Of a stretch of 64,000 bases of DNA, positions 61,299 to 64,000 are shown piece after piece (the first letter of the stretch is position 1; each line of letters begins with the position of its first letter). The notes below the pieces were generated by a model. It was not told the origin of the DNA, did no database searches, and saw only the letters and a list, made by a program, of their open reading frames with translations. This stretch comes from Marsupella aquatica (lineage: Eukaryota > Plantae > Marchantiophyta). The stretch lies in contig OZ316895.1 in the NCBI GenBank assembly GCA_973895155.1, positions 458,107 through 522,106 of the forward strand, written 5' to 3'. The position numbers and the translations under genes were made by a program.

Positions 61299-61305
61299 GA
61301 TAGAT

Positions 61306-64000
61306 TGTAAGAATCTGATATCTTGAATATATCGAATGAATGCCAAGTGAAGGCAAGGGCCCCACATAAATACAAGTCTGAGAGTTCAACGGATTTGAAC
61401 AAGATCCATCAAGGGATAGAAGCAAAAGGCCTATTAATCAATCTATGGTGGGAGATACAATGTACATCTAGATCTAACAAACAAAGTAATCACTAGCGGA
61501 CAATGCACCGGGTATACCAGAGGAGTGGGGCAGGACAAACGGAAGAGTGGAGTTGATCCTCAGTGAGATCACAAATGATGCTTTGGCACTTGGAAGTGCA
61601 GAGCCAAGTAACTTCCTATCTAAGGCTAAGTTATTGTCAACACCCTCCCTCACTCTAAGTGCTAAAGTGATCTGAAGCAGTGGAAGACGATGGTCCTTAC
61701 AAAAGTGCAGTGGCAGATCCGGATGACATGGTCCTCTTGGATTTACATAGATATCTGGTTGATGTTAACAAGCTTAAGAAAGGTGGTGCGTTTGTTGGAT
61801 CAAAAGCTTGAGCAGCTTCAATGGAGACTAGCAAAGAAGACTTGCCTTGAAGTAGAGCCAAAAGAAAGTAAGCAAATTTTGAGGCTCGTGACGGATAGTA
61901 TTGTGAAAAGTCATATTCTCACAAAGTTGAGAATATAGGTTGGGCCATCTGAGTTGATGTCCTATTGGTGCATCAATAAAGCATATAGAAGAGTGGGCAG
62001 AGATGCTCTAAAGCATACAAAAGAGCGGGCAGCCTTCAAATGGGTGAAATGAGAAGTGTTGAATGGAAACTAGTATAAGTCCCAGCAATAACAGATTTGT
62101 AGGTACTGGCTCAATCTTCATGATATACGGGACAAGATCAAAAATCAAGAGATCTAATTACAGACAAGATCAAAAATCAAGATCGTCCCGTATATCATGA
62201 AGATTGAGCCAGTACCTACAAATCTGGCTTAATATACGAGACGAGATCAAAAATCAGATCTTTATGTCATAATTAGACAGCTTATTGGGCGCTGGAAGAT
62301 AGGACCATGTACTCTAATTTGGTAGAAGATTTGCTGGTAGTAGCTTGGCGCTTGCTGTGCCAACAAATGGGGCTATCGCCAAGTGTTAAAATGTAAGCCC
62401 CAATGGATCTGCGAGTGGTAGGGTAGGTAGCCCAATCCGCATCAGTGTAAACAGAGAGAGTGAGAGGGCTCTGCGACGGTAAAAATTCCATAGTGAGTAG
62501 TGTGCTTGAGGTATCAAAATATGTGTGTTAGTGGCCTGCATGTGATCTTCCCGAGGATCTTGCATAAATCTACTGACGAGACCAACAACAAAGGATAAGT
62601 CCGGACGGGTGTTGGTGGGACAAATGATTTTTCCTACCATCCTATAGTATAGATGGGCATCGACAGGAGGAGCTGAAGAGTCAATGAATAGAGATAACGG
62701 TGTCAGTCGATAAGGGAGTGAGAGCAGGGGTGCAAGAACTCATGTTGAATTCATTGAGGATCTTGATCTTCAACTCACAGTAGCTATGTTGATGTATGGT
62801 GATGCCAGCTGTGGATGTATCAAATTCAATGCCCAAATATTTCTGAATGCAGCCAAGGTCCTTCATGCTGAAATGTTTGCAGAGTTCAGCTTGGTGTGAA
62901 GCAATGACGTCGTCGTTGCTGCCAGTGATATAAAAATCATCCACATGAGTAAGGAGTATAGTCAGGTCCTTACCAACACAAATTTGGTAGAGATTGTTGT
63001 CAAGCATGCTACATGACCAACCAAGCTTTGTAAGAAGAGCATGTAAGGTGTCGTACCATGCTTTGGAGGATTGCCGAAGGCCATAAAGGGAATTGTTAAG
63101 GAGGCATACAAGATGTTCCTATCCACGGAGGTGATGACCAGGAGGTTGTTGCATACAAATCTTTTCATGAACCTTGTTGTGAAGAAACGTTGTATCAACA
63201 TCCATGTGAATAATACTCCAACCGTGAGAAGCAACAATGGCAGTGCTGGTGCAAAGAGTGGCCCATTTGACCACCGGAGCAAAAGTTTCAAAATAATAAA
63301 TGCCATGCTTTTGATAGTTGTCTTTGGCAACAAGGCGAGCTTCAAGGCAAGCATGAGTAGCAGAGATGGACTTCCGTTTGAAAATCCACATAGACTGTAT
63401 GGCCTCTTTACCAAGAGGTAATTCCACCAGAGACCAAGTGTTAGTTTTATGAATGGAATCAAGTTCTTCTTCCATAGCGGCAGACCAACCTGGATGTAAT
63501 AGGGCCTGTTTGAGAGAAACATTATCATTTTGATAGAAGGGTCATCAGTTTCAACAGTGCAGCCAAAATTTCCAGAGCGAGTTCCAGAGGAGGCGGCTGA
63601 GCATGAAACCCAAGAAGTTGAGAGTTGTGAGAACAAAGTCTGCCAGAACGTCGTTTGCCTGTAGCCACCGAAACAATTGGAGCTGGGTCCGGAACAGCAA
63701 CAGCACTAGTATCAGCCAGTTGATCTGGCTCTGATACCTTGTAAGAATCTGATATCTTGAATATATTGAATGAATGCCAAGTGAAGGCGAGGGCCCCACA
63801 TAAATACAAGTCTGAGAGTCCAATGGAACAAGATCCATCAAGGGACAGAAGCAAAAGGCCTATCAATCTATGCTAGGAGATACAATGTACGTCTAATAGA
63901 CAAAGTAATCACTAGCTGACAATGCGCCGGGGATACCGGAGGAGTGGGGCAGGTTAAATGGAAGAGTGGAGCTGATCTCAATGAGATCACAAATGATGTT
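61306..64000 (-). mobile_element. Internally deleted, decayed Ty1/Copia LTR retrotransposon
   Basis: 3' LTR 61306-61642 (TG..CA); PPT 61643-61655 (GAGTGAGGGAGGG on minus strand); 5' LTR from 63740 to the window end; tRNA-Met-type PBS GGTATCAGAGC 63728-63738; RT/RNaseH relics MEEELDSIHKTNTW, ARLVAK, ETFAPV, HMDV, HVDD, TRPDLS, YTDADWA, WHSKRQ. Confidence 0.93.
62092..62226. repeat. Perfect 42-bp inverted repeat (foldback) inside the Copia
   Basis: 62092-62133 is the exact reverse complement of 62185-62226; the loop holds AAGATCAAAAATCAAG twice. Confidence 0.92.

Larger units (their letters stand above)
45221..61303. mobile_element. Candidate giant cargo-carrying DNA transposon (DUF7869/Sola1-like transposase + ParB-MTase-like gene + NIF phosphatase)
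   Basis: Perfect 21-bp inverted repeat 47835-47855 / 60917-60937 (33 bp with 3 mismatches); TAAGTGCAT/ATGCACTTA motifs at both ends; CTATCGTG (45221) / CACGATAG (61296-61303); AAAGTGTACATTT arrays at both ends; intact transposase. Exact termini are uncertain. Confidence 0.72.

Noticed and set aside
45221-61303. Helitron/Helentron or canonical CACTA classification
   Set aside because: No Rep/helicase ORF, no CACTA termini and no TnpD motifs; the catalytic motifs are DUF7869/Sola1-like.

Overview
Eukaryotic, intron-containing land-plant (bryophyte-like) genomic DNA. Host genes: a 1619-aa repeat/coiled-coil ORF, an intronless F-box/kelch-type gene, a small At1g80180/MASS-like gene and an 11-exon glutaminyl cyclase gene. 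TE debris: a solo LTR, a MITE, a MULE relic, an L1-type LINE and a deleted Copia; there is also a PPR E-domain pseudogene. The standout is a ~16-kb candidate giant DNA transposon (~45221-61303). It has inverted subterminal sequences and TGTACA repeat arrays. It encodes (i) an intact 1260-codon DUF7869/Sola1-like DDD-type transposase with three N-terminal Tnp1/En-Spm-like domains. Divergently transcribed from it are (ii) a spliced ParB-like + beta-class N4C/N6A DNA-methyltransferase-like fusion gene and (iii) an FCP1/NIF HAD phosphatase. A palindromic 27-bp motif family fills its introns. All family assignments are from motif recognition by eye; no database search was run.
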